From NCBI GenBank assembly GCA_963775425.1, contig CAVZJB010000016.1, positions 608,001 through 672,000 of the forward strand: a stretch of DNA of 64,000 nucleotides, in the 5' to 3' direction. This DNA comes from an uncultured delta proteobacterium. GTDB lineage: Bacteria > Myxococcota > UBA727 > VGSZ01. Under the pieces are notes generated by a model that saw nothing but the letters and a program-made list of their open reading frames with translations, was not told the origin of the DNA and searched no databases. How positions within the stretch are numbered: the first letter of the stretch is position 1; each line of letters opens with the position of its first letter. This document shows positions 37,087 through 47,000 of this stretch, in pieces. The position numbers and the translations under genes are program-made.

Positions 37087-39030
37087 CTAGGGCCCCTCGC
37101 GGTCGGCGGGCGTTCTGTCCTGGAAGCTCGGCTCCCGCGGCACTTGCCACACCGGGACCGGCCGCGCGACCCCCTTCACCACCCGCGGCTCCAGCGCCTG
37201 CAGCGCCATCCCCGCGCGGCGGCACACCCGCTCGGTGCCCTCGTCGAGCAGGATCTGGGCGGGCTTGGCCTGGCCGCACAGCCGCGACGACAGGTTCACG
37301 GTGTCGCCGATGACCGTGAAGTCCTGGCGGCGGCGGGCGCCCATGGCGCCCGCGATCACCTTGCCGGTGGCGATGCCGTAGCCGGCCATCAGCGGGGCCT
37401 CGCCGCGGCGGACGCGGGCGGCGTTCACCACGCTCTCGAGCGTCGCCCGCATGCGCGTGGCCGCGCGCACCGCCAGGACGGGGTCGTCGGGGCCGGGCAT
37501 GGGCGTCCCCCAGACCGCCATGAGGCCGTCGCCGATGAACTTGTCGAGGGTGCCGCCCATCTCGAAGACGATCTCCACCATCGCCTCGAAGTACTCGTTG
37601 AGCATCGAGACGACGGCCTCGGGAGCGGCGCCGTCGGAGATGGTGGTGAAGCCGCGGATGTCGCTGAACAGCACCGTGGCCTGGACCTTGTCGCCGGTCT
37701 TGTGGACGTTGAGCTCGTTGCTGACGACCTTCTCGACGAGGGCGGGCGACAGGAAGCGGCTGAGCTCCGCGCGCTGCGCCGCGTCCTCCTCCACCTTGCG
37801 CAGCAGGCGCGCGTTGGCGACGGCGAGCGCGGCAGGCTGCGAGATGGCGCGCAACAGCGCGAGGTCCTTCTCCTCGTACGCGCCCGCCGCCGACGACGAC
37901 GACAGGTGCATCACGCCGAGCACCTCGCCCTGCATCAGGAGCGGCACGCACAGCGCCGAGCGAATCATCTGGCCGACGACGGTCTCGCTGCGCCGCAACT
38001 GGAGGTCTCGCTGCGCGTCCGACGTCAGCAAGCCGCGCCGCGTCTGCACCACGCGCTCGACGATGGCGCGCGGGATGCGCACCTCGTGGCCGCGATCCGC
38101 CCACGACGCGAGCGTCACCAGCTCGTTGCCGCCGCGCGCGGCGAGCGCGGGGTCGCGGAGCATGACGACGATGGTGTCCGCGGGCAGGACGTCGCGGATG
38201 CCCTCGACCATGCGCGCGCCGAGCTGCGCGAGGTCCGTCTCGAGGCCGATGGCGTTGCTGATGTTGTACGCGACGCGCAGGCGCTCGTAGTCGCGCTTGA
38301 GCTGGCGGTCGTCGCGCACGGACTCCGCGGGCCGGAAGTCCGGCTCCATCGGCTGCGCGAACACGCTCTCGTTCTCGTTGGAGATCTCGGGGACGAGCGT
38401 CACGGTGGTGCGCTCGATGCTCTCCTCTTCGGCGGGCCGCCGCGGCGTCGTCGTCAGGGAGATGGAGCGGAACGCGAGCGACGGGTCGCTGCGCTTGGCC
38501 TCATGGATGCTCTCGATGCGCCGCGCGTTCGGATCCGACGGCGGCGGCCGCTTGGGCAGCTCGAGCCGGAAGCGCAGCACGCTGTTGCCGACGACGATGA
38601 CGTCGTTGTCGGCGAGCTTGGCGCGCGCCTGGCGCATGCCGTTGATGAGGGTGCCGTTGGCCGAGCCGAGGTCCTCGAGGATGAAGCCCTCCTTGAGGCG
38701 GCGCACCACGAGGTGGGCCTTGCTGACCTCGGGGTCGAGGAGCTGGATGTCGTTGTCGGTGTGGCGGCCGATGGTGGTGGTCTCGCGCAGGATGCGCGTG
38801 TGGGCGGTGCCGTCGGGCGCGACGTACTCGAGCCGCGCCTGCTCGAGCATGGGGTGCGAGCCGCTGTCGATGGGGTCGCCGGTGGTGGGGCTCGTGCGGA
38901 TGGCGACGGCGGCCTGCTCGAGCTCGGACGGACCGGTGGCCGGATGGTCGACGTCCACGTCGTTGAAGAGCGAGTCGAGCGCCCCCGCCTCCATATTGTC
39001 CGTCGTGGGCCCGACCCTTTTCGTCGCCAT
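37087..39030 (-). CDS. FHA-GAF class III adenylate cyclase
   Basis: IGR..VSKAH..DLGSANGT (FHA); IRSALCVPL (GAF); FSDIRGFT, LDKFIGDGLM, IGDTVNLSSRL. Confidence 0.92.
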   Translation of the reverse strand: MATKRVGPTTDNMEAGALDSLFNDVDVDHPATGPSELEQAAVAIRTSPTTGDPIDSGSHPMLEQARLEYVAPDGTAHTRILRETTTIGRHTDNDIQLLDPEVSKAHLVVRRLKEGFILEDLGSANGTLINGMRQARAKLADNDVIVVGNSVLRFRLELPKRPPPSDPNARRIESIHEAKRSDPSLAFRSISLTTTPRRPAEEESIERTTVTLVPEISNENESVFAQPMEPDFRPAESVRDDRQLKRDYERLRVAYNISNAIGLETDLAQLGARMVEGIRDVLPADTIVVMLRDPALAARGGNELVTLASWADRGHEVRIPRAIVERVVQTRRGLLTSDAQRDLQLRRSETVVGQMIRSALCVPLLMQGEVLGVMHLSSSSAAGAYEEKDLALLRAISQPAALAVANARLLRKVEEDAAQRAELSRFLSPALVEKVVSNELNVHKTGDKVQATVLFSDIRGFTTISDGAAPEAVVSMLNEYFEAMVEIVFEMGGTLDKFIGDGLMAVWGTPMPGPDDPVLAVRAATRMRATLESVVNAARVRRGEAPLMAGYGIATGKVIAGAMGARRRQDFTVIGDTVNLSSRLCGQAKPAQILLDEGTERVCRRAGMALQALEPRVVKGVARPVPVWQVPREPSFQDRTPADREGP

Positions 39031-39117
39031 CCGTCGCCCCGTGGAGCGACAGTGCTACCACCGGCGCCCCAGGCGCACAAACTTGCGACCCCGTGTGTGC
39101 TTGTCACACCGCCGAGG

Positions 39118-39867
39118 CTAGCGGCGCGCGAAGCGGACGTTGCCGCCGCGCTGCTGCTGCATCACCATCGGGTGCTGCTCGAGCTGGAGCGAGTACCAGA
39201 CCTCGCCGTAGCCCTTCATCTTCATCTTCTTGTCGTTCTGCAGGGCGAGCAGGTTCGCGGTGAGGTGCGGGTCCGTCTCGCCGAGGACCTCCTTGCCGCG
39301 CGCGAGGACCTCGATGGCCTTCTTGCTGTCGCCGGCCTTCCAGTGCAGCCAGGCCCACGTGGAGTACAGCAGGCCTTGCTTGGAGGAGTAGCGGGCGACG
39401 CGGTCGAGGAGCTTGTCGACGGCCGCGAGATCCCCGGCCTTCTTGTTCTTCGCCGCCCCGACCTCGCCCGACAGCAGGCACGCGAGCATGAGCTTGGCAT
39501 CCCACATGCGGACGAAAGCCTTGTCGAGGTAGGGCCGCGCCTTTTCGAAGTCCTTCTTCAGGTAGTAGATGGAGCCGATCTGCCCGTCGAGCTGCGACCC
39601 GAGCAGGAAGATCATCTTGGCGTACTTCTTCTTGAGCACCTGGAGCAGCGCCAGCGCGCCGTCGATGTTGCGGTTGGCGAGGAGCGCCTGCAGCCCGCCC
39701 ATCTCTCGCTGGAGCCGGTTGTTCAGCGTGCGCACGAGCAGGAAGTACACGCCGACGCCGACGGCCAACGCGGGCAGGATGGCGCCGATGACCCCGACGA
39801 ACGGGATGAACGACGCCCCCACTCCGACGACGAGCGCGGCGGCGAGGGCATAAAGGACGACGAGCAT
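39118..39867 (-). CDS. Membrane-anchored TPR-like hypothetical protein
   Basis: Two N-terminal TM helices followed by TPR-like helices. Confidence 0.7.
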   Translation of the reverse strand: MLVVLYALAAALVVGVGASFIPFVGVIGAILPALAVGVGVYFLLVRTLNNRLQREMGGLQALLANRNIDGALALLQVLKKKYAKMIFLLGSQLDGQIGSIYYLKKDFEKARPYLDKAFVRMWDAKLMLACLLSGEVGAAKNKKAGDLAAVDKLLDRVARYSSKQGLLYSTWAWLHWKAGDSKKAIEVLARGKEVLGETDPHLTANLLALQNDKKMKMKGYGEVWYSLQLEQHPMVMQQQRGGNVRFARR

Positions 39868-39876
39868 GACGTCGGA

Positions 39877-40560
39877 CTAACGGCTCCCCTCGGCCCTCGC
39901 AATGGAGTCGAGGAACGCCACGCTCTTGAGCGGGGGACCGCCCTGGCGCTTGAGGTGGGCGGCGAACACGCGGCTCACGGTCCGGAGCATCGCGGGGTCT
40001 ACGGCTGGCAGGTCCGACAGCGCCGCCGTGAGCAGGGACGCGGCCGGCGCCCGGGCCTCGTCCGGCAGCTCGTCGGTGTCCCGCAGGTCCGGCAGGTAGC
40101 CCACGAGCAGGAGGAGCTTGAGCTCGAGCGCCCGCAGGAGCACCGGCGACGGGCCGGCGCGCGCGATGCGCAGCAGCGCCTCGAACACGAGGGCGAACGC
40201 CTCGGGGGCCGGCTCGTGCTCGGGGAACATGCGCTCCACGAGCTCGGCGAGGTAGCTGGCGTGCGCCAGCCCGCGCAGGTCGGCGGCGAGCCCGAGCACG
40301 GCCGGCTCGACGTCGAGCTCGCGCATGTCGAACAGGTCGGCGGCGTGGCGCGGGGACAACGCCGCGCGCCCGAGCGACGGCGCGAACAGGCCCGGGAACC
40401 GCTTCTTCGACGCCCGGGCCCCGCGCGCGAACGCGCCGATGCGCCCGCGCTCGCGCGAGAACAGGCGCACCACGAGGTCGGTGTCCCCGTAGGGCACGGC
40501 TGCGGTGATGACGACGTCGTCGAACGAGGCGAACGTGGCGGCGGCGCCGCGCGCCCGCAT
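39877..40560 (-). CDS. recO: DNA repair protein RecO
   Basis: YGDTDLVVRLFSRERGRIGAFARGARASKKRF, ELKLLLLVGYLP, PLKS. Confidence 0.85.
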   Translation of the reverse strand: MRARGAAATFASFDDVVITAAVPYGDTDLVVRLFSRERGRIGAFARGARASKKRFPGLFAPSLGRAALSPRHAADLFDMRELDVEPAVLGLAADLRGLAHASYLAELVERMFPEHEPAPEAFALVFEALLRIARAGPSPVLLRALELKLLLLVGYLPDLRDTDELPDEARAPAASLLTAALSDLPAVDPAMLRTVSRVFAAHLKRQGGPPLKSVAFLDSIARAEGSR

Positions 40561-40565
40561 CGCGC

Positions 40566-41408
40566 TCACTCCCCGGATTGGAGGGCGCGCATCTGCTCGT
40601 CGCACTCCTTGGCCGCGGGCTCCCCGGGGAAGCGCGTCGCGCACTGCTTGAACGCGTCGACGGCGCCGTCTCTCGAGCCGGTGCGCAGGCGCGACTTGCC
40701 GAGCTCGAGGTACGCGGGGGCGAGGAGGCGGGAGCCGGCGGCGGCGCGGAGGCGGTCGCTGTCGCAGCGCGTGAGGAAGTCGGAGAGCACCTTCTGCACG
40801 CGGGTGTCGTCGCCCTTCTGGATCTCCACCTCGGCGAGCTTGACGTAGCAGCCGCACAGGTCGGGCTGCGCCACGAGCGCGCGCTGGAAGTGCTGCGCGG
40901 CCTCGTCCTGGCGCCCGAGCTTGAACAGCGCTTCGCCCATGCCCTGCTCCGCGTAGTACGGCGTCGCGTACAGGAGGTTCGTGCGCGCCTTGTCGAAGTG
41001 CGGGAGCGCCTCCTGCGGGCGGCCCGCGTCGACGAGCACGGCGCCCATCAGGTTCTCCGCCTCGGGGTACTCCTCCTGGCGCTCCTGCTGGCGCAGCGTG
41101 ATCGCGGTCTGCAGGTTCTTGAGCGCCTCGTCGTGGCGGCCGAAGCCGATGAAGTAGACGTACGCGAGCAGGTAGCGCCCGTCCGAGTCCATGGCGCCGC
41201 CCTTCTCCGCCTCGAGCAGCTCCCGCAGCGCCTCGCGGAACTTGCCGTCCTGGGTGGTGCTGTCGCCGGCGGCGCCGGCCTTGTCGGCCTCGTGCACGAG
41301 GGCGAGCGCCACCTCGCGGTGGCCGTCGGCGGCGCGCTTCTCCTCCGCGGAGGGCGTGGCGCAGCCGGCGGCGACGAGGACGGCGAGGAGGAGCGAAGGC
41401 AGGCGCAT
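40566..41408 (-). CDS. tgl: TPR lipoprotein Tgl/PilF-like (type IV pilus secretin pilotin)
   Basis: Lipobox AAGC, TPRs, NLLYATPY motif, paired Cys; located next to recO. Confidence 0.75.
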   Translation of the reverse strand: MRLPSLLLAVLVAAGCATPSAEEKRAADGHREVALALVHEADKAGAAGDSTTQDGKFREALRELLEAEKGGAMDSDGRYLLAYVYFIGFGRHDEALKNLQTAITLRQQERQEEYPEAENLMGAVLVDAGRPQEALPHFDKARTNLLYATPYYAEQGMGEALFKLGRQDEAAQHFQRALVAQPDLCGCYVKLAEVEIQKGDDTRVQKVLSDFLTRCDSDRLRAAAGSRLLAPAYLELGKSRLRTGSRDGAVDAFKQCATRFPGEPAAKECDEQMRALQSGE

Positions 41409-41417
41409 GGCGGCCTT

Positions 41418-41888
41418 CTAGAACGACGACAGGAGCCGCGCCACCAGCAGGCTCTCACTTTGCTGCGACACCCCGGCCATCACCGGCTGGGTCCGGCGGC
41501 GCGGGTGTTGATCGCGGAAGAACGGGAACTGCTCGACCATCTGCGCCTGCACCTCGGGCGGCTGTGCGCGGAAGTTGGTGTTGTCGAGCATGAAGCCCAT
41601 GGACTCCGCGAACTGGATGGCTTCGCTCTCGAGCGCGCCATACTGATCGAACGCCACTTCCGGCGGGTTCGAGATGTAGACAACAGGGATATTGTTATCG
41701 AGGAACAAAAGATAACAAAAAATCCCGTAGCCGCCGGCGGGGGTGGCGACGCCGACCAGGTACGCCTTCGTGGGCTCGGTGCCGAGCTCGGGGATGGAGA
41801 TGTTCGGCGTGTTGATGGACTCGATGACAGCGACGACGCGCTCGGGCCCGATCCCCAGCGACAGCCGGCCCGGCAGATGCGTGAACAT
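41418..41888 (-). CDS. Conserved protein of the type encoded upstream of tgl in myxobacteria
   Basis: ESINTPNISIP and EAIQFAESMGFMLDNTNFR resemble the tgl-associated protein as I recall it. Confidence 0.7.
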   Translation of the reverse strand: MFTHLPGRLSLGIGPERVVAVIESINTPNISIPELGTEPTKAYLVGVATPAGGYGIFCYLLFLDNNIPVVYISNPPEVAFDQYGALESEAIQFAESMGFMLDNTNFRAQPPEVQAQMVEQFPFFRDQHPRRRTQPVMAGVSQQSESLLVARLLSSF

Positions 41889-42479
41889 CTACTTGCCCTC
41901 GATGACGAACTCGTCGGCGAAGTTCTGCGTCTCGGACGCGTCGCGTTTGTACTCCAGGAGAGGGTTGTCAATCATGACATTGTTACCACCCATGTTCCCC
42001 TCACCAATGTATATCTTAATATAGTGTTGTGGGGACGCGCTCTTGCGCTGCTCGCCCATGACCTTGGTGGCGGTGAAGTGGACGGTGTTTTTGCCTTTGT
42101 GCAGGTGGCGCGTGATCTCGGCGACCGTCTGCGCCTGCGGGTCCGACGACGAGAAGCGCTTGATCCACACCGAGTTCACGAACACGTCGATGTCGTACTG
42201 GGCCATGCCCGGCCCCGCGATCTCGCTGACGAGGAAGTAGCGCTTGGTCACCGGGCCCGGCGCCACGGCGGAGGTGGCGGGGCTCGTCTTCGGCGGGACC
42301 GCCTGCACCTCGTAGCCCTTGGCGGCGATGAGCACGTTTCCCTTGTCGTCGATGACGACGGTGACGTTTTCGAACTTCTGGTTCACGACGCCGTCGATGT
42401 TGACGCCGTTCAGAAAGACGCCTTTGGCCGACGCCGTCGTAGCGAACAAGAGCAGGGGCAGCACCAGGTAGGAGCGCAT
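41889..42479 (-). CDS. Exported hypothetical protein
   Basis: Signal peptide ASA; GGAGG RBS; beta-rich sequence. Confidence 0.75.
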   Translation of the reverse strand: MRSYLVLPLLLFATTASAKGVFLNGVNIDGVVNQKFENVTVVIDDKGNVLIAAKGYEVQAVPPKTSPATSAVAPGPVTKRYFLVSEIAGPGMAQYDIDVFVNSVWIKRFSSSDPQAQTVAEITRHLHKGKNTVHFTATKVMGEQRKSASPQHYIKIYIGEGNMGGNNVMIDNPLLEYKRDASETQNFADEFVIEGK

Positions 42480-42584
42480 CGGACCTCCCGGCTGGAAGGA
42501 TGACGAAATCCGCCGCTCGGCGCCAGTTCAGGCCACGGATGTCGTTCCCCTCGCCGGAACACAAACTCGCGCCCGAGGGCACCG

Positions 42585-45338
42585 TTGTGGGATGCTCGCG
42601 TCCGGAGGAACCGGTTGGCCCCGAGGGTTCTCGTCTGTATCGAAGACACCGGCGTCGCGCACGTCGTGGCCGCCCGTCTGATGAAGGACGGCGTGGACGG
42701 CGTCGTCGTCGACAAGCCGACGCGCCTCGTGGAAGAGGCCAAGAAGGGTGTGGCCGCGCTCGCGCTGCAGGACCGCTACCCGTCGGGCGAAGCCGCCACC
42801 TCCATCCTGCGTCAAATCCGCGTCGCGCGCACCGAAGCGGTGCCTGCGGTGGTGCTCCTCACGGGCGACATCCCCCAGGGCGACCGGCTCGTCCTCGAGA
42901 AGCAGTACAAGGTGAAGGAGTTCATCCGCATCGCGGAGAACCCCATCCGCATCGCGCAAGCGGTGGCCACGGCGGCGGGGCACGAGGACTTCGACGTCGT
43001 GCTCCACCCCGATGAAGAGAAGAACGCGTTCGACATCTCCATCGAGAGCGTCGGACCCTCCACGGACTTCGGCGCCGGCGAGGTCGAGTTCGACGACGAC
43101 GACGAGCCGAAGACGGTCGAGGTGAACGCCGCCGAGCTCGCGCGCCTGCGCGGCGACAACGGCGCGCCTCGCACCATCCACGACGAGGCCGCCGCCGACA
43201 TGAAGAACGGCAACACCGCCGCCGCTTCCGGTCGCACCTCCGGCGCGGCCGCCCGCGGCAAGAACGGCCGCGAGCCCATCACCGCGCCCACGTCCACCAA
43301 GGACGGCCCGCACCCGGTGACGCAGGAGGCGGAGTTCGGCGGCGACAACCCCACCTCCGAAGGCCTGCTCGACCTCTCACGCCTGCCCGCCCCCGGCGGC
43401 GAGGCCGACGTCGAGTTCCTGCAGGCGCAACCGACCTCCGTCCAGAACCGCCCGGCGTCACCGTCGCCAATCTCGGTCCTGGCCCCACCTGACGACTCCC
43501 AGAAGAGTGAAAAGCCCAATGCCGGGGCGGCCACCGCGACCGCTCTCGACGAGGGGGACTCCGTGCAAGCTGGTTCGCAAGATTTTCAGAAGGCCCAAAA
43601 CGAGCTGAAGAAGGCGCTGATCGCCGAGCGCAAGCAGCGCGAGGCGGCGCAAAAGCGCGTCGAGGAGCTCGAAGCCAAGCTCGCCAAGGTCGGCGACGTC
43701 GTACCCAAGGTCGCCGGCGGCGTGCCCTCCGAGGGCGTCTTCGAGGACCTTCGCTACCCGGCCCTGCTCGCCCGCTGCCGCGCCGACGCCTTCACCGGCG
43801 CCATCGCGATGCAGTCCGGCGGCGCCACCCGCAACGTGTACTTGAAAGACGGCCTGCCCGTCGCCTTTCACTCGTCGGAGCCCGGCGAGCGCATCGGCAA
43901 GGTCCTCGTCACCCAGGGACGCATCACCGACGCGCAGTACATGCAGGCCACCACGCGCTCCGTCGAGCGGTCCATCAAGCTCACCGACGCCCTCGTCGAG
44001 CTTGGCTGGATGGACGCGGAGACCATCGCCGTCGAGCAGAGAAACCTCGCGCGCGACCAGATCATCCAGAGCTTCGAGCTCGTGCAGGGGCGGTTCACGG
44101 TCCAGACGGGCGCGACCCCCAACCCCGACACGGCCACCTTCGACTTCGGCCCCGGCGAAATCTACGTCCAGGGCTACCGCCGCTACGCGCCCACCAGCGA
44201 GATGATGGCGGCGTACGAGAGCCTCCGCGACAAGTACCTCATCGCCAACGCGCGGCTCGCCTCCTACCGGCCCAAGCTCGGCCTCTCGGGCGAGGACGAG
44301 CGGCTCTTGCGCCTGCTCGGCGAGGCCCTCACCGTCGAGGAGGCCGTCGAGCGCGCCCAGACCAGCGCCGAGGCGTCGGCGCGGTTGCTCTCGGCGCTGC
44401 AGGCCCTCGAGCTCGTCGAGGAGTGGAGCCCCGGCGTCGAGCAGTTCCGCTCGCGCATCCGCATGGAGAAGCAGCGGCACGCCGAGGAGATCAACAACGT
44501 GATGGCCGAGGCGCGCTCGCGCGAGAGCCGCCTGCTCGAGGCCTTCGAGAAGGCGCTCAGCAAGCTCGGCGGCGGCGCGCTGTCGGCGCATATGGACTCG
44601 AGCGGTCCGTCTTCGTCTTCGTCTTCGTCTTCGTCCTCTTCATCGTCCTCGTCGTCGTCCTCGCCGTCCTCCGACAAGGGGAGCGGGTCCCCGTTCGGCG
44701 GCTCGCCCATCGGCGGCTCGTCGGCCTCGCGAAGCCCCACGTCGTCGCCGACGCCAGGCGTCGGCTCGGCGCCGAGCAGCGCGTCCCCCGTGAGCCGCTC
44801 ACCGTCGTCGTCGGGCTCGCCGAGCCCGTTCAGCTCGGTGCACAGCGGCGGCTCTGCGTCGCAGCCCGTCACCGTCGGCACCACGCCGGCGGCGGACGCC
44901 GCACCGCCCACCATCGCGCCGTCGCCGCCGCCGTCGCCGTCGGTGTCCGCGCCGCCGTCGCCCGCGCCGTCGTCGCCGCCGCCCGCGTCGCCGACATCGT
45001 CGCCGCCGGCCGCGGCGTCGTCGGGCAACGGCAAGGCGCGCGACAGCCAGCAGGGCCTGTCGGTGGCCGACCTGAAGTACAAGGAAGGCGTCGAGCAGGC
45101 GGCGCAAAACCGCCTCGACGAGGCCGAGGTCACGCTGCGCGAAGCCGTGCGCCTCGACGCGTCCAAGCCCGAGTACCTGACGTCGCTCGCCCGCGTGCTG
45201 TTGTCCAACCCGCGTTACGAGCGGGCGGGGACCCTGCCCGTCGTCCGCTCGCTCCTCGATCGCGCCGTGCAGATCGCCCCCGACTTCCAGGAAGCCGCGG
45301 ACCTGCACGCCCAGGTGATCAAAGAGATGAGCGCGTAA
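42585..45338 (+). CDS. Degenerate receiver, coiled coil, DUF4388-like domain, Ser/Pro linker, C-terminal TPR
   Basis: RVLVCIED; FTGAIAM..NVYLKDGLP..GERIGKVLV; poly-Ser tract; AVRLDASKPEY TPR. Confidence 0.75.
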   Translation: MWDARVRRNRLAPRVLVCIEDTGVAHVVAARLMKDGVDGVVVDKPTRLVEEAKKGVAALALQDRYPSGEAATSILRQIRVARTEAVPAVVLLTGDIPQGDRLVLEKQYKVKEFIRIAENPIRIAQAVATAAGHEDFDVVLHPDEEKNAFDISIESVGPSTDFGAGEVEFDDDDEPKTVEVNAAELARLRGDNGAPRTIHDEAAADMKNGNTAAASGRTSGAAARGKNGREPITAPTSTKDGPHPVTQEAEFGGDNPTSEGLLDLSRLPAPGGEADVEFLQAQPTSVQNRPASPSPISVLAPPDDSQKSEKPNAGAATATALDEGDSVQAGSQDFQKAQNELKKALIAERKQREAAQKRVEELEAKLAKVGDVVPKVAGGVPSEGVFEDLRYPALLARCRADAFTGAIAMQSGGATRNVYLKDGLPVAFHSSEPGERIGKVLVTQGRITDAQYMQATTRSVERSIKLTDALVELGWMDAETIAVEQRNLARDQIIQSFELVQGRFTVQTGATPNPDTATFDFGPGEIYVQGYRRYAPTSEMMAAYESLRDKYLIANARLASYRPKLGLSGEDERLLRLLGEALTVEEAVERAQTSAEASARLLSALQALELVEEWSPGVEQFRSRIRMEKQRHAEEINNVMAEARSRESRLLEAFEKALSKLGGGALSAHMDSSGPSSSSSSSSSSSSSSSSSSPSSDKGSGSPFGGSPIGGSSASRSPTSSPTPGVGSAPSSASPVSRSPSSSGSPSPFSSVHSGGSASQPVTVGTTPAADAAPPTIAPSPPPSPSVSAPPSPAPSSPPPASPTSSPPAAASSGNGKARDSQQGLSVADLKYKEGVEQAAQNRLDEAEVTLREAVRLDASKPEYLTSLARVLLSNPRYERAGTLPVVRSLLDRAVQIAPDFQEAADLHAQVIKEMSA

Positions 45339-46506
45339 GCGCCGCCGCCAGTCGGTCGAAGCCCTTGTCGATCGTGTCCTCGCTCGCCGCGTAGCTGAGC
45401 CGGAGCGACCCGGGCCCCTCAAACGGGGTGCCCGGCACCAAAGCCACGTGGTGGTCCACGAGGAGCTTCTCCGCGAAGGCGACGTCGTCCTTCACGCGCG
45501 CGCTCACGTCGAGGAAGGCATAGAAGGCGCCCTCCGGCGGGTGCACGAGGACGCCGTCCAGCGCGCGCACGCGCTCGAGCATCAGGCCGCGGCGCCTCTC
45601 GTAGGTCTTGCGCATGCCCTCGACGGCCTCGGTGACCTCGGGCGGCTCGCGCAGCGCGTACGCCGCCGCCGCCTGCGAGACCGCGGCGCAGCAGGTGGTG
45701 CGCTGGGACTGCAGCGTGAGCATGGCGTCGATGAGCGGCTTGGGCCCGGCGGCGACGCCCACCCGCCACCCCGTCATGGCGTACGCCTTGGCCACGCCGC
45801 CCACCCAGAGGGTGCGCTTCCTGGCGTCCTCGCCGAAGGTGACGGGCGAGACGTGGCGAAAGCCGTCGTAGACGAGCCGCTCGTAGATCTCGTCGGAGAT
45901 GACCCAGACGTCCCGGCCCGCGAGCTTTTCGTAGATGCCGCGCAGCACGCTCTCGGGCCACCCCGCCCCCGTGGGGTTGTTGGGCGAGGAGACGATGACG
46001 ACCTTGGTCTTTTCCGTGAGCGCCGCCTCGAAGTCCTCCAGCCGCGGGCGGTAGCCGTCCTCGCGGCGCGTGGGCACGACGACGGGGACGCCGCCCGCGA
46101 GGCGCGCGAGGTCGGCGTAGGTGACCCAGTACGGCGAGAAGAGAACGACCTCGTCGCCCTCGCCGACGAGGGCGTCGAGCGCGAGCATCAAGGCGCCCTT
46201 GGTGCCGATGGTGGACATCACCTCGGCGACGGGGAACTCCACGCCTTGCTCCCGCAGGAGCTTCGCGCGCATGGCCTCGACGAGCTCCTCGCTCCCTCGC
46301 GACGGGGTGTAGGCGTGGGCGGAGCGGCTCTCGAGCGCCTTCACGGCGGCGGCGACGATGCAGGCGGGCGTCTTGAAGTCGGGCTCGCCCGCGGAGAGGT
46401 TGGCGACGTCGACGCCGGAGCGCGCGAGCGCCTTGGCCTTCTGGGCCATGGCCAGCGTGGCCGACGGGCGGACGGCGGACATCCTCTTTGTGTTCAGCGT
46501 GAGCAT
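45319..46506 (-). CDS. PLP-dependent class I/II aminotransferase (aspartate aminotransferase-like)
   Basis: AGEPDF, SPNNPTG, ISDEIYE, AKAYAMTGWRVG. Confidence 0.93.
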   Translation of the reverse strand: MLTLNTKRMSAVRPSATLAMAQKAKALARSGVDVANLSAGEPDFKTPACIVAAAVKALESRSAHAYTPSRGSEELVEAMRAKLLREQGVEFPVAEVMSTIGTKGALMLALDALVGEGDEVVLFSPYWVTYADLARLAGGVPVVVPTRREDGYRPRLEDFEAALTEKTKVVIVSSPNNPTGAGWPESVLRGIYEKLAGRDVWVISDEIYERLVYDGFRHVSPVTFGEDARKRTLWVGGVAKAYAMTGWRVGVAAGPKPLIDAMLTLQSQRTTCCAAVSQAAAAYALREPPEVTEAVEGMRKTYERRRGLMLERVRALDGVLVHPPEGAFYAFLDVSARVKDDVAFAEKLLVDHHVALVPGTPFEGPGSLRLSYAASEDTIDKGFDRLAAALTRSSL

Positions 46507-46508
46507 CT

Positions 46509-47000
46509 TCAACCCTTCGACTTCTTGGCGAACTTCTTTCGGAGCGCTGCGTACACCGGCGCAGGTACCATCTTGCTCACGTCGCCGCCGAAGCTCGCCA
46601 CCTCGCGCACCAGGCGGCTCGACAGGTAGAACGACTCCTCCGACGTCATCATGAAGACCGTCTCCACGTCGGGCGCGAGCTTGCGGTTCATGCTGGCGAG
46701 CTGAAACTCGTACTCGAAGTCGCTCACGGCGCGCAGGCCGCGCAACAACACGTGCACGCCCTTCCTCTTGGCGTAGTCGACGATGAGCCCGTCGAACGTG
46801 TCGATCTCCACGCGGGGCATGGCGCCCAGGCACTCCTTGGCGAGCGCGATGCGCTCGGGCACGGAGAACAGCGGGCTCTTCTGTGGGTTGTTGGCGACGG
46901 CGACGATGACGCGATCGAACGACGCGATGCCGCGCTCGATGATGTCCTCGTGTCCGTTGGTGAGCGGGTCGAAGCTTCCCGGATAGATCGCCGCGGTCAT
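46509..47000 (-). CDS. coaD: Phosphopantetheine adenylyltransferase
   Basis: [35 protein letters not shown]. Confidence 0.97.
   Translation of the reverse strand: MTAAIYPGSFDPLTNGHEDIIERGIASFDRVIVAVANNPQKSPLFSVPERIALAKECLGAMPRVEIDTFDGLIVDYAKRKGVHVLLRGLRAVSDFEYEFQLASMNRKLAPDVETVFMMTSEESFYLSSRLVREVASFGGDVSKMVPAPVYAALRKKFAKKSKG

Noticed and set aside
44605-45020. Poly-Ser/Pro tract, whose reverse strand reads as an acidic ORF (44264-45208)
   Set aside because: Low-complexity linker of the plus-strand gene; the reverse ORF is its shadow.
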